This document shows, in pieces, positions 38,549 through 51,653 of a stretch of 64,000 nt of DNA. The DNA comes from Octopus sinensis (lineage: Eukaryota): assembly GCF_006345805.1 (NCBI RefSeq), contig NC_042997.1, forward strand, positions 56,544,001-56,608,000, in the 5' to 3' direction. The position numbers and the translations under genes are program-made. The notes beneath the pieces were generated by a model, which did not search any database, had not been told where the DNA came from, and saw only the letters and a program-made list of their open reading frames with translations. Numbering within the stretch: the stretch's first letter is position 1; each line of letters begins with the position of its first letter.

Positions 38549-40839
38549 TATGTTGGATCTGGTATTCTCCCGCTATCCAAGATCAGTGTCAGACGTATCT
38601 GTGTGCGCCCCTCTTGCCAAGAGTGATCATGCGGTCCTGAAGTTCGTCATGCACACAACTTTTTCTATGCCCACGACTACTTCGCTGCCACGTAGAGTCT
38701 TCTCTGCAATTAATCTTGAAATTCTAACCGAGGCTTCCGCACTTCTGGACTGGCGATCCCTGATGACGTTGTCCTCAGTTGACGAACTATGGTCATCCCT
38801 CAAAGCATATGTAATCTGGTTGACTGACCAAGCAGTTCCCGTTGGGCTTCCCAAGAAGAAGAAACACAAGCCCTGGGTGACGAAGAAGGTTAAACGAGAA
38901 CTTCGACTCAGAGATATTGCTTGGACTGAATTCAAAAATCTGGATTCGACTGCAGCTTTTGAGGTGTACAAAACTCAACGAGACCGAGCCATGAAAATTG
39001 AAAAGGAAGAACGCTTCAGTTATGAATACAAAATTGCGGCAAATGCCAGTAGCAATCCAAAAACCTTCTTTGCCCATGTCCAACGGAATTCCCGCTTGAA
39101 CAACCAGATTGCAACATTGGTAGACTCAACAGGCATATCGATTGAGGATCCTTATCAACAGAGTCAATTATTTTCCAAGGCTTTTTCAACTATTTTCAAA
39201 CAAGATGATGGTAGTGAACCCCCTCCATTTGATAGATTGGTACCTCCAATGCTTCGATTGGTCATCACGCGGGACGAAGTCAAACGTGTTATTCAAGGCC
39301 TCGATGTCAACAAGGGTCACGGCCCTGACGGCATACACCCACGGGTTATCAAAGCGTTGGCTCCGGTCATCTGCGAGCCCTTAACACATCTATTCAATAT
39401 GTCATTGGTGACGGGTGTTATACCTGCGGACTGGAGAACAGCGATAATCTGCCCAATTTTCAAGAAAGGGAGCCGCGAAGACCCGCTTAACTACCGACTG
39501 GTTTCCCTTACATCAATAATCAGCAAGATGTTCGAAACCATCCTTAAGAAAAGTATGATGCTCCACCTCCAAAACACAGCCTCTATCTCTGATTCCCAAC
39601 ACGGCTTCGTGCCAAAGAGATCATGCTTGACCAACTTACTGGTAATGGAAGAATTGGTGACGCGCATCCTCGATGATAGTGATGCTGTTGACATCGTTTT
39701 ATTGGACTTTGCCAAAGCTTTTGACTCGGTAAACCACCGCCTATTACTTGTCAAGCTTCAAGCATATAGTTTCCATCCGGATATTGTATGATGGGTTGGT
39801 GCCTTCCTCTCAGATCGCTCCTTCCAAGTCCAAGTTAATGGTTCGCGGTCCGACGTCTCCAGTGCGAGCAGTGGCGTGCCTCAAGGTTCAGTGCTTGGGC
39901 CCTTATTGTTCTTAGTCTTCATAAATGACTTGCCCGACGACCTCACGCAACACACCCTTCTATTTGCCGATGATGTCAAACTGGTCGCTCCTCGCGGTGA
40001 TATAGAGGATCTTCGTCGATACCTCCACCAAATTTGGAGGTGGTCTAACGAATGGGACCTGTGTCTGAACGTGTCAAAGTGCTGTCATCTGCCTGTTGGC
40101 TCTCCTCCTGCAACTCAACTTGATTTCGAGCCGGGTCGTCTGCTGCTGGAGAGGACCGATCAGGTAAAGGACCTGGTTATCTTGGTGGATTCCTCCTTTT
40201 CGCCTTCGGCCCAGTGCGTCCATGCTGCCAACAAAGCACGCGGAATTCTGTTCTTGATTCGACGGTCATTCGGAATGCTCACAGCAGCCATATTCCTACC
40301 ACTCTATGTCACGCTGGTGAGACCCATATTGGAGTACAGGATTCAAGCCTCTTCTCCTTATCTCCTCAAAGACATACAGCATCTCGAAAGAGTCCAGAAG
40401 CTGGCTACCCGCATGGTTCATGGTCTCAAAAATTTGTCCTATGAAGAAAGGCTGAGGACGCTCGATCTTTATTCTCTAGAAAAACGCCGCCGCCGTGGTG
40501 ATCTCATTCTCACCCACAACATCATAAGCGGAAAGTGTAACCTCTTGAAAGAGCTGTTCTTCACTCCTGCTCCAGAGCGTCGGCTGCAGGGTCATTCCGA
40601 AAAGCTCTACCTGCGACGATTTCATCTCAATCGAAGGAGAGGAGCTTTCTCCGTCCGGGTTGCGGATCCGTGGAACAAGCTGCCAGACGAGATGGTGAAG
40701 ACGCCGACAACCGCTTTGTTCAAAGCCTCCCTTGACCTCAAGTGGCCTGAACTCTTTACATGAACACCACCCTGTACTTAACTCCATGTCCCCCTACATG
40801 GCCTTGCTATTTGCTTTTGAGCCAAACTAACTAACTAAC
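38549..40839 (+). mobile_element. CR1/Jockey-group LINE, 5'-truncated ORF2 (end of APE plus RT), young copy
   Basis: Motifs LDLVF, SDHAVL, KGHGPDGI, NYRLVSLTS, QHGF, LDFAKAFD, PQGSVLGP and LFADD. ORFs 38550-39791 and 39876-40763 are in the same frame, separated by one TGA. The tail is (CTAA)n. Confidence 0.95.
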
Positions 40840-41569
40840 ATGTAGTGGCTTCATGCAAGCACAGTGTGGATTTGATCCTTGATCGCCAAACTGCTCTTTT
40901 CTCATGGTAAAACAATAGTTTTTCTGTGAGCAACAGAAGTTACATTTGCCAGATGCCTTTGCTAAGCAGAGTAGTGTCTTTGCCACTTGATCCTTCTAAC
41001 CTCTGCTCGGCCATAACAGACCCCCAACGAAATTCAATGTTTTCAACAATACTTGTCACCTTCTAACTAATTTTGGATAGTTATAAATACCAGAATTTTG
41101 GAAAGCAAAATTAGTTAGTGAACCACGACAACTAGAGTCATGGCCAAACAGTCAGAAAGAGAAAGGTCACAATCAGCCAACTATGAAACACATCTTCCTT
41201 CAACTCTATAACTTTCGCTAGCTCAATGTCTTTTACAACATCATTCTATCACTATGTATAGTTTACTACTAAAATAAGAACCTGTACACACATACAGGCT
41301 GAAATTAATTTTCTTAACCTCGTATGCTTTATCAATTATATCATACCTGCCCATCGAGGCATGGCATTATATTAAGTAATTGTAAATAAATAAATCTGAA
41401 GTCAACATCAACTTTGATCACTGTTCTTCTTTCATCTTGTACATCTGCAACAGCATCACCCATTACAATTGCTAACGGCTGACTCCAACATATATCATAA
41501 TACAAACCATTGCACTGGTGACCACTGATTCCACCTTAACCAACTGTTACATTTGCCATTGTAGATGTG

Positions 41570-42150
41570 TACAGTGTGCAAGATGTGTGATGGAGACAGG
41601 TGCCAGCCAGACTCATTAAAACAGAAAAACTGAATTGATGAGCCAAATTCTAAGAGTAACAGAAAGAGTTGTTGCATAAGTGATTAAGAAGAGAACTAAC
41701 TTAGATGGGATGCAGTTCAAGTCTGTGTAAGGATGTGGAACTACAGACACCCTCTTCGTAATGAGACAGCTGCAAGAGGAGTTCTTAGGTAAGAGTGAAC
41801 CACTATACCTAGCCTTCATTGATCAGAAAAAGGCATTTGACAGGATACCATGCTGTGTACTCTGATGGTCTTAAAGAAACTTTGATGTAGATGAACAGCT
41901 TATGAGAGCTGTCCGAACTAGGTACAGAGATACTATCAGTAATATGATAGTTGACAATGGGTTCAGTGAGAAATGTAGCATGCAAGTAGGTGTTCATCAG
42001 GGCTTAGTTCCCAATACCTTATTTTAGTTTTCCACGCTAACAGATAAGTTCAAGACTGGTTGCACATGGGAAATTTTCTATGTTGAAAATTTAGTTCTTA
42101 TAGCTAAACTAATCAAAGGATCAGAAGAAAAGCTCCAAACATTGAAGCAG
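41570..42150 (+). mobile_element. Decayed RTE RT fragment
   Basis: Remnants of YLAFIDQKKAFDRI and QVGVHQG. Confidence 0.7.
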
Positions 42151-42353
42151 AGAAGTAGGAGGAGGAGACAGTGGACGTGGTGGTGGTAGTGTGAAACTTG
42201 TTTATGTATTTTTTATTTCATCTAGAGAGATGAACAAAAGGCAGATAAATTATTTAACGCTGCTTTAAAGAACTGTCCAAAATATTAGCAAAAACAAGAA
42301 CTTGTTCAAACAATGCAATCCTACAAAAACAGATGATGACAAATTATACAAAC

Positions 42354-42452
42354 AATTTTCTTGTTGGAGGTTTTTTTACACCAGAAATATTTTTCTTTAG
42401 TCCTTCCATAACACGACCTGAAAATCTTTCCGAAGTTTCTTCAACATGTGGC
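42354..42452 (-). CDS. ANKRD60-like gene exon (99 nt, phase 2-2)
   Basis: tttcacag| ... |gtttgt; encodes PHVEETSERFSGRVMEGLKKNISGVKKPPTRK. Confidence 0.7.
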
Positions 42453-43604
42453 CTGTGAAAGAAAATATAATAGATATGTTATAAAATATATTCAAATATC
42501 TTTAGTTCACCTGCTTGGCTCCATACATCATACTTCATTCCCAGTAATCCCTAACCTATGGGTTTACCCAGAAGAGTTGGGTCAGAAAGAATAGTATTAG
42601 AAATAATTTCATGAAATCTGAAAACCACCTCTTAGTAATTACTAATAATTCTTTTAAGTAATATTAATGATTCTGGATATTAAGAGAGCTATATTTGGGA
42701 ACAAATGTTTTAAGAAAAGAAGTGATTCTCAAACTGTTAATATGGAAGTAAAATGTAGATTGGAATTAAAGAATGCAGAAGATCAGTGTGATTTGTAAGA
42801 AAGAAGCAACATATCAGGGTTGTTTTTCGCTGCTTTCTATGCACCATACCATGTTCAATTATGAAGAGCCATGAATTTTAATGTGGTAACTAGTGGCATT
42901 ATAATTTGTACTCGATCCATGCTGTAAAGTTGTTGGGAATAAAAAGGGTGTGATAATTTACTAAATCAATGCAAAACCTAACTGACACATATGGTAGTGC
43001 CGTGCACAGAAGTGGGCAGCTAGGTGTGGGCATCTCTTGGACCATCATCAAATGTTTCCACTAACTCTCACACTCAATCACTTTCTAGTGCAGATGGGTA
43101 TCAAACAGCCCAGCCTTCACAATTGCCACCAGAAACTATCCTCTTTCTGCCATGAGCAACACTTCAGGTCTGCTACCATCAATACTGATACAATGAAATA
43201 TCAGTATCAACATTTTTTTGGCCATCTTGGAAACGTCTGACCACTTGTACATTTGTGTGTGGTTCATACACTCCTCTCCCTACACTTTCTGCAAGTTTGC
43301 GTAGACCTTTGAGCAGGTATTGTCATGACAACTTTCTCTGTCATGGTCAATGCAATGATCACACGCTACCCACCGTCCTTCCAAGCACTGCTGTAAACAG
43401 CAGATATGAGCGAGAATGTTAAACTTTACTGCACATGCATAGCAGAGTTCAAGGCCAATCTGTGCCAAGCAGCTTTACCCTGTGTGTTTTAGCTTCATTA
43501 CTATGGCAACAGTCCAAATACTTATTAATCAGACCTTGTGTATTTCAACCTCCTTAAAAAGAAGTTAAATTATTGAACACTACTTACAAGAATTGTTCAG
43601 AATA

Positions 43605-44468
43605 CAAGGTTGTATCAAAAGGTTCCTGGACAGTTATGTTTAATAATAAATAACTTATTTACCTAAGTTTTAACATCATCTCCTTTGAAATAGTCATCTT
43701 ACACAGCAACATACCAATCCCAGAGTTTCTCCCACTTTTTGAATCTGGCCTGGAAGTCGTTTTCCGTAAGTGAGTTGAGAACCTTCTGCAATTCGCTCTG
43801 AATCTTGACAACTGTGTTAAAACAGTGGTCTCTGAGCTTCTTTTTCATCTTGGGGATGAGATGGAAATCTACAGGTGCTAAATCTGGCAAATAGGGTGGG
43901 TGCAGAGACAATACCACGTTTTTGATGAGAAACTCATGAGTGAAGAAATCCAATTCTTCATGCTACACAGATCCAGTCATTTTTGCCAAATGTCCTCCCT
44001 CAAACACTTCAAAACATCACAGCAGAACTCTGAATTGATGGCCTGGCCCTCATTGATGCACGATACCACATTACTGGGGGTGACACACATGGCAGGTCTT
44101 CCAGCTTGCTCATCATCTTCCAGGGATGTTCTTCCACTTTTGAAGTTCCTGTGCCTCTCGAAACATTGCATATGACCCATTGCCTCACTGCTGTAAGCTT
44201 GCCAAAACATTCTCCATGTCTCTGTAGCAGACTTCCCAAGTTTATCACAAAATTTCATGTTGGCTCTTTGTTCATGACAAAATCACAGACTACAGTATAC
44301 ACATGACCACAAAAACACAAATGTTACAACTTGCAAAGTAAACACAGCAATGTCACTCAGCACACTGCCTCATGAAGTCATTGCTAGCTCTAACTGTGCA
44401 TGCGGCTGTGTGCTATCATCTGTTGGTGTGCTACAGAACTAGTTCAGAAACTTTTTGATACCACCTCA
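43605..44468 (-). mobile_element. Internally deleted mariner element
   Basis: TA-flanked imperfect TIRs. Translation gives KFCDKLGKSATET..., GRTSLEDDEQAGRP and HPPYLPDLAPVDFHL. Confidence 0.85.
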
Positions 44469-44538
44469 TATAGACAAGACAAGAACTAATTCAAACAATG
44501 CAAGTCTACAAAAGCAAATGATGACAAATCATACAAAC

Positions 44539-44661
44539 ATGTTTGTCTTTGGAGATTCATTTATATCATCAATGTCTTCCTTTAATCCTTCTTTATTAGT
44601 TCCAGGTTGTTGACTTGTCAAAATCTTTTGGAAACTTAATTTTCTGCTCTCGGCTTTAGAC
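44539..44661 (-). CDS. ANKRD60-like gene exon (123 nt, phase 2-2)
   Basis: ccttcacag| ... |gtttgt; encodes SKAESRKLSFQKILTSQQPGTNKEGLKEDIDDINESPKTN. Confidence 0.7.
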
Positions 44662-45340
44662 CTGTGAAGGAAAACAATAAATATATGTTATAAAGCAATG
44701 ATATTCAAACATCTTTGGCACACTACCCATTTGGTTTCATACAGCATATTTCATTTCCAGTGACACTTAGAAGAGTTGAGTCACATAGAACAGTATAAAA
44801 TATCAACAAATGTAATTTGAAATCACTTTTAATGTTCTTAAGCAACATTAATGATTCTGAATATAAAGAAAGCTTGATTTAGAATCCAAGGTTTTGAAAG
44901 GTATATCTAGAATAATACCTCAAGTATAATTTCATTCGAAATAAGTTACTTTCAAACAGCTTCTATGGAAGTAAAACATAGATGAGAATTAAAGTAACAC
45001 AGAAAATCAATACAGTTTGTAAGAAATAAGTTAACACATCAAAGTAACACTTCCTTTCATAAATTACATCAAATCAAATTATTGAGAGCTATGAATTTTG
45101 TATGATATTACATTCACAGCAATCTTCAGTGAAGGTTGTTTTGTTTTGTTTTGTTTTTTGAATATTTCTGTGTATGGAAGTTAATCATAACATTATCCCA
45201 GGTCCACATGAAATGTGGCTAATTATTTGATACTGCATAAAAGAATTTGCTTAGGGTAAAGATAGCAGAATGAAGGCAATGATAAGAGCTGTTTCAATAA
45301 ACGCAAGCATAGAAAATAGACGATGACAAATTATACAAAC

Positions 45341-45410
45341 GTTTTTCTAGGTAGAGATTCTAGTGAGCTTTCATTAGTTCTTTTTGAAACATCTGCTTCC
45401 TTTGATCTAC
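45341..45410 (-). CDS. ANKRD60-like gene exon (70 nt, phase 1-2)
   Basis: tttaaaag| ... |gtttgt; encodes GRSKEADVSKRTNESSLESLPRK. It supplies the phase shift needed to join the flanking exons. Confidence 0.7.
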
Positions 45411-46223
45411 CTTTTAAATAATAAATGATGATTAAAATAATTGTCATTTTTAATAAAAATACATTATGAAATTACATTTATAAATAGATATATGCTTTTT
45501 AAGAATTAAACTATTTCAAAGGATTCCTTTCAGTTTCTACAATGTGACTCTATTGTGTTTACTATGGGAGGAAAACTATGTTGGTTTGGTATCCTTCAAT
45601 TGCATTAAGGCTGGAAAAGCTTGAATAAACACTAGCATCTCTCATATGGTGTAGAGAATATTGCTTACAAGCAAATAATAATATAATATATTAAATAACA
45701 TTTAAAACTAGTTGATTTTTTTTTTCTTAAATCAAATATCATATCATCATTACTAATTGTCTTAGTGTTTACTTTTTCCTTCCGATGTAATATAAAATAA
45801 ATTTTGCCATTTTATTTTTTCCCTCAAAAAATTATCGTAGATACTTTCTGTAAGATATTTTACAACCAATTCTAAGTTTAGTCCAGTAAACCCAGATCTA
45901 GATAACAGATGCTTAAGAATTTATTATTTGTCACTGTTCATATCTATCTTCAGAAATAAACTTTGTTGGAATTAAGTACCATCTGCATTTATATGTCACA
46001 TAATATAGAGGATGTGTATCAGATGCAGACATTGTTCACAGGTATCTTCAATGAAAGACTTTGCTCAAATTATGCTCAGTCAGCTGTCTCACCAAAGTCC
46101 AAGTCTCATACCTTTATCATCTATACAACAGAAATTTGAGACTGTTACAAAGTATTAAATGATTTGTAAGAAATATATCAATGAATAACAAAATGCTCCT
46201 TAAAATGTTCCAACTCAACTTAC

Positions 46224-46364
46224 CTTTTAAAGTTGTTTTTGATTGTGCATATTTCTGTCTTGAGTTTATTGAGCCCAATTGCTTTTCAGCTGCAGCTTTT
46301 GCAAATAAAATTGCAATGTTAATAGCTGTCCAGCCACTCTTATCCGTCTCTTGGATTTTTATCC
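46224..46364 (-). CDS. ANKRD60-like gene exon (141 nt, ankyrin repeat)
   Basis: ttccag| ... |gtaagt; encodes GIKIQETDKSGWTAINIAILFAKAAAEKQL. Confidence 0.85.
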
Positions 46365-47351
46365 CTGGAATTAATGAAATTATATGTATTCATGAAATGG
46401 GAGTATCAATGTAAGAATTTTTACAGGAAAAACAAATTGTAATAGAGATAACTAATGAAATTGAAATGTAACTATATTTGATATGCTGAAGTTTAATTGA
46501 AGTGCGTTCTGATTTTGAAATTTAATTGAAGTCTACCCAAATATGATTTAGAAGTGTAATTTAGTTGCTGTTACCACCACTACTGCTATCATTGTCATCA
46601 TCCACATCATCATCATCAGCAGCAGCAGCAGTAGAAGCAGTGGCATTTTCCACCTGCTTTTCTATGCTGGCATGGGCTGGGCATTTTTGTCTGAGGCAAT
46701 GTTTTATGGCCTGATGCCCCTCCTGTTGCTAACACTTTTAGCTACCTCTTACAACACACAGAGATGCAATGTACCATCATATATTTTAAAGTTTAAATAA
46801 AGTGATGACCTTGAAGTGTACAGATTTATTGATCTGTGAACAATCTTCTTAAAGATATGTTTACTTTGACCTTTTGTGTTACTTTATAAGAATCTTGTAA
46901 AACAGCATGAAGTATTAATTCTTTAATTCTTTAAATTGTTTCATCTTTAAAGTTGTGGTCGTGCTGGGGCACCACCATTGGGCATTTAGAATAGATAAAT
47001 AAAGGATTACATAATAACAAAGTTGTTTCATAAAATGTAAGTTACTTATGGATCAACAGATATTTGCTGTTAACAGATATTACAAATGAGTAGTATGAGT
47101 GTATTTTGAAGATCTTTGAATTTTAAAAAATGTGTATCAAAATTTTCCTTTATGCTTTGTGAAATAAGTTCTATCCATTCAACTTACTTTTCTCCCATGT
47201 CTAAAGCCTTGCTGTTTCCAAGCTAAGTGTTAGATATTATTTAAGCTGATTAATTCTAGTAAAAATGTGCTAACTTCAATACTGTCCTGAAAATTTGTAT
47301 AGCCTGTCATCTTTTCTTTGTTTCAGTTTCATTTTGGCCAGTGAACAGATA

Positions 47352-48641
47352 CGAGGGGCGTTCAATAAGTAATGCCCCTGACCCACTTCCCATAGCAGTA
47401 GAGCAACGAAACTTGGCACAGTTATTAGTCTTTTTCTACATAGGAACCACCCAGAGTTACACATTTCTCCCATTGCTTGATGCAGCTCTGGAGACCGTTT
47501 TTGTAGAAGACCCCAGCTTGGTCCTCCAACCTGAACGTGACTTCAGAAATCAAGGCTGCATCATCTGGGAAATGCTTTCCTTTCAAAAACAACTTCATGA
47601 CTGGGAAGAGGTGAAAATCAGAGGGTGCAAGGTCAGGAAAGTAGGGGGATGGGGGAGGATTTCATAGCCATACGCCTGTGCTTCTGATCTGGCGACAAGC
47701 GAGTTGTGGACCAGAGCGTTGTCCTGCAGGAGGAGGATGCCTTTGCTGATCTTGCCCCGCCTCTTGATTTTGATAACTTCTCTTAATTTCCTCAAAAGTG
47801 AAGCATAATAGGCTCCTGTAATTGTGGTACCCTTTGCCAGGAAATCTGTCATCACTACTCCGTCCTGGTCCCAGAAGACTGTGAGCATGACCTTGCCAGC
47901 GGAGAGCTGCACTCTTGCCTTCTTTGGAGGGGGTGAGTCACGGTGCTTCCACTGCATTGACTGGGCTTTGGTCTCTGGATCATCGTGATGGACCCAGGTT
48001 TCATCCTGTGTAATCAGTCTTTTGAAAAATTTTGACTTATCTTCTTGGCACATGTCCAAATTCACCCTCGAGCACTCGACGCGTTCTTGCTTCTGGAAAG
48101 GCGTGAGCAACTTGGGAATCCATCTGGCAGACACCTTTTGCATATGCAAATGGTCATGAATGATAGTTTCCACAGACCCGGAACTAATCTTGACCTCATG
48201 GGCTATTTGGCGAATAATTATGCGTCGATCTTCCAAAATGGCAGCCCGAACTTGACGGACAGATGCCTCATCAATGGCAGAAGGGGTGACCAGATCTGGG
48301 AGCTGTTTCCACAGAGTTCCGACCATGTTTGAATTCACGACGCCAGCGTTTTACAAGGTCATATGATGGGGCATCATCACCATAAGTTACTTTCATTTCA
48401 TCAAAAGTCTCCCGTGGTGTGCGTCCTTTCAAATACAAAAACCGGATCACTGCTCGACACTCAACAGGCTCCATGTCACACTTGACTCGGTTCAAACACC
48501 TGTAAATCAGAAACCACAATTAATTCAGAGCTGTAATTTGCCACTTACTCTATAGAGATATAAATGATTGCACATGCAAAATTTCAGCTAGATCAAACAA
48601 ATGCAAGTGGGTCAGAGGCATTACTTATTGAACGTCCCTCG
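47352..48641 (-). mobile_element. Full-length mariner transposon (1290 bp) with frameshifted transposase
   Basis: TA TSD and TIRs CGAGGGGCGTTCAATAAGTAATGCC. ATG at 48474 (MEPVECRAVIRF), motifs WIPKLL, ITQDETW and LLQDNA. At least two frameshifts. Confidence 0.95.
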
Positions 48642-48849
48642 TATATATTTTTCCTACCCATTACTGTGACTCTGCCACAGTATAGCCATACAGCTTGGTT
48701 ATTCATGGTGCACTCTCTCATGCCACCCCACCACCTTTCTTATGGAAATCTTTCTTATGGAAACCTTCTATACTGGAAACCTGTATAGAAAGCTCTCTTA
48801 CACCACTCCCTCTTCCCTCTGGCCAACATCAGCTCACCAGCAGTGATAG

Positions 48850-49200
48850 TAAGATTCAGTGCAATATAAAAAGCCAGCATTCTCCACTGGATGTGTAATA
48901 ACAATGTGCAAATACAACGGAGAGTAAATGATTTAAAACTGGATATAAAAGGCATCAGCTGTAGCGTACAAGAGAGAAGACTACACTGGTATGGTCATGT
49001 GATGCATATGAATGAGGACAGCTGTATAAAGAAGTGCTGATTGCGGAGGGAACCTGTAGCAGCAGTAGACCCAAGATAAAGTGGGACAAAGTAGTGAGAA
49101 AGGATCTTCAGGTGTTAAGTCTCACAGAGGGGACGACAAGTAACTAAGACTAATGGCAATTTGCTGTGCTTGAGAAGACATGTCAAGTTAAGTGAAATCA
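48850..49200 (+). mobile_element. RTE LINE 3' fragment
   Basis: Remnants of ASILHWMC and LHWYGHV. Confidence 0.75.
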
Positions 49201-51242
49201 TGGCCAACCACACATACAGGTATATTCTTCACAGTCATGAACCCACCTCGTGCGCGCACACACACACACATTACCCATCCTCTGTCATAATTCTCCTCTT
49301 TTCCCAACACCTACTGCAGGCTCCACTTCTCCACTCTCCCCTATTGTGCCTTACTCAATGCAGGTCCCTCCGCTCTCTTTCATGTGCATATCCATACACT
49401 CTCTATCTGACTCTGCTCCCACATATCTATCTGACCTGCTCCCAACCACTCCAATTTCTCTCATTTGCTACAGTCATGTCTTCCCCTATCTCTAAACATA
49501 TTCCCTCACATTCTTATGAAATATCTCAATCCTCTCTGCACTACCCATACTCACCCCCATCACTGTTCCCTGTGGGTAAGCCCAGTTACATCTTCAATGC
49601 CATCTATCTGTATCTCTCTCTCTCACTCATTCTGACTATTTATTCATCTTTCTCTCTCTCTTCCCTCTTCTTTCATTTTCCTTGTCCTACCGCAGTTGCC
49701 AAGTATCTCCTCTATAGCAAGACAACTATCTCTGTCCTATTATACTCTAACCTCTTGCCTAGCACATAGCCACTTCCTTCAGTTCCACTGCCTCTCTCAC
49801 CTAAGAGGTCTTCGTCTTGCTAGCTGCTTGGCACCAGCACTACATGGAAAGCTGGCACCACATAAAAAGCACCCCATACACTCTGTAAACCAGTTGACAT
49901 TAGGAAGGACATCCAGCTATAGAAACCATGCCAAAACAGACAACTGAGGTCTGGTGCAGCTCCTGTCAAACTGTCCAACCCATGCCAGCATGGAAAGCAA
50001 ATGCTATATGCTAGATGACACTGTCACTGTTGCTGCTGCCAATGATGATGACGCCAACACCAACCCCACCACCACCACCATCTTCAGTGTGTTTTAACTG
50101 TGTTATTGATATATGGTAACCAGATATTGTATGGGAACCTAGCATCTGTAAAGTTTGTGGTGATTTAATTTGGCTACCTTTAAAAAAGACTACATTATTC
50201 TTTTCTACTCTAGGCACAAGGCTCAAAACTTTTTTAGATCGACCCTGGTATGCAACTGGTACTTAATTTATCGACCCTCGAAAGGATGAAAGGCAAAGTC
50301 GACCTCAATGGAATTTGAATTCAGAATGTAAAGACAGACAAATACTGCTAAGCATTTTACTCAGCATGCTAACATTTCTTCCAGCTCACCACCTTACAAA
50401 GTCTACATTATTTAATGTACAGAGATCAGGTCTATGCTCAAAGAATAACTGGACTTCTTTCATAGCCTGTACATTGGCCTCAGAAACCTTGCAAAAAAGT
50501 CATGAGTTTTCTCTTCCTCCTTTCAGTAAGTCATTAAAAAACTGTACTGTTCATGCATATATATAGGAGTTGTGTTTTAGGTTGTCATTGTTGATCAGCC
50601 ATCAGGTCAGCCTTGATAGCACAGACATGATGAAAAGCAGTCCAGACATGACCAACCTTTTTTCTTTTTGTTTACTTAGAACTACCTTGTATAAAAAATG
50701 TATTTCCTTTTTTAATATGATAGGGTGTAATTTGAAGGAATTTTGGTTGTTGCTATTTCTAGAAGATAAATTATCTCATAGAGGTTCCATCTTTTGCAGC
50801 TGAAGTAGACAAAATTTTCTTGCCTCAATTGGAAGTCTTTAAGAGCTGTTCAAAGAATCTGCACATAAGAGACGTGAGCTGTCTATGTTACATGTGGACA
50901 ACAAGTAAAGAAGAGTGGTGATATCTGCATAACAATGAGTGTGGTTAGATGTGATATGAAAAACAGAAGGTTGTTAACATAACAAGAGTGTTGGAGAGAC
51001 AAAGAACTTTAAAATACACCATAGACGAGAGAATGTAAGCCAGAATAAGTCCTAACAAGACATACTGTAATGGAGTAATTTGATTGGAAACTTCCAATCC
51101 AAAAGATGAAAGATTGGAGCATAAAATAAACACTTTTCCCTCAACAGAATGTTAGTTTTTTACAGGTTACTTTCCCCAGGAAAGTTCTGATACTCAGTTC
51201 TTTGACTCCCATCTCTATAAACTGTGATATATATATATATAG

Positions 51243-51402
51243 AGATGTTTTCGATCTATTTTGGATACTTTGCCATCAAATTTGAATTCTTTGCAAACAA
51301 ATTTTATTACAAAGAATTCAAATTTAATTGCAAAAAATTCACATTTGATGGCAAAGAATTCAAATTTGCTGGCAAAGAATCCAAACAAGATCGAAAACAT
51401 CT
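51243..51402. mobile_element. Minimal two-ended copy of the 21-bp-repeat element, in a (TA)n tract
   Basis: AGATGTTTTCGATC...GATCGAAAACATCT inverted termini with 21-mer units on both arms. Confidence 0.85.
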
Positions 51403-51554
51403 ATATATATATATATATATATATAAAATCCCAGTAGTGGATTTCAATACAGTATCTGTTAAATGGATTTTCTACATAGAACACTTATTGCCCATGAGAA
51501 TCATACATAACAATATTTTTGTATCAGTGAAGCAGAGTATTGCTGTTTACTTAC

Positions 51555-51653
51555 CTTCATCAGTGAGCAGGCTTATAATTTCCTGACGTCCATGAGATGC
51601 AGCAATGTGCAGTGCTGTTCGACCCCTTGGAGTTTTTCTTTTGACATTCACAC
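51555..51653 (-). CDS. ANKRD60-like gene exon (99 nt, one ankyrin repeat)
   Basis: tttacag| ... |gtaagt; encodes GVNVKRKTPRGRTALHIAASHGRQEIISLLTDE, a canonical G-x-TALH ankyrin motif. Confidence 0.92.
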
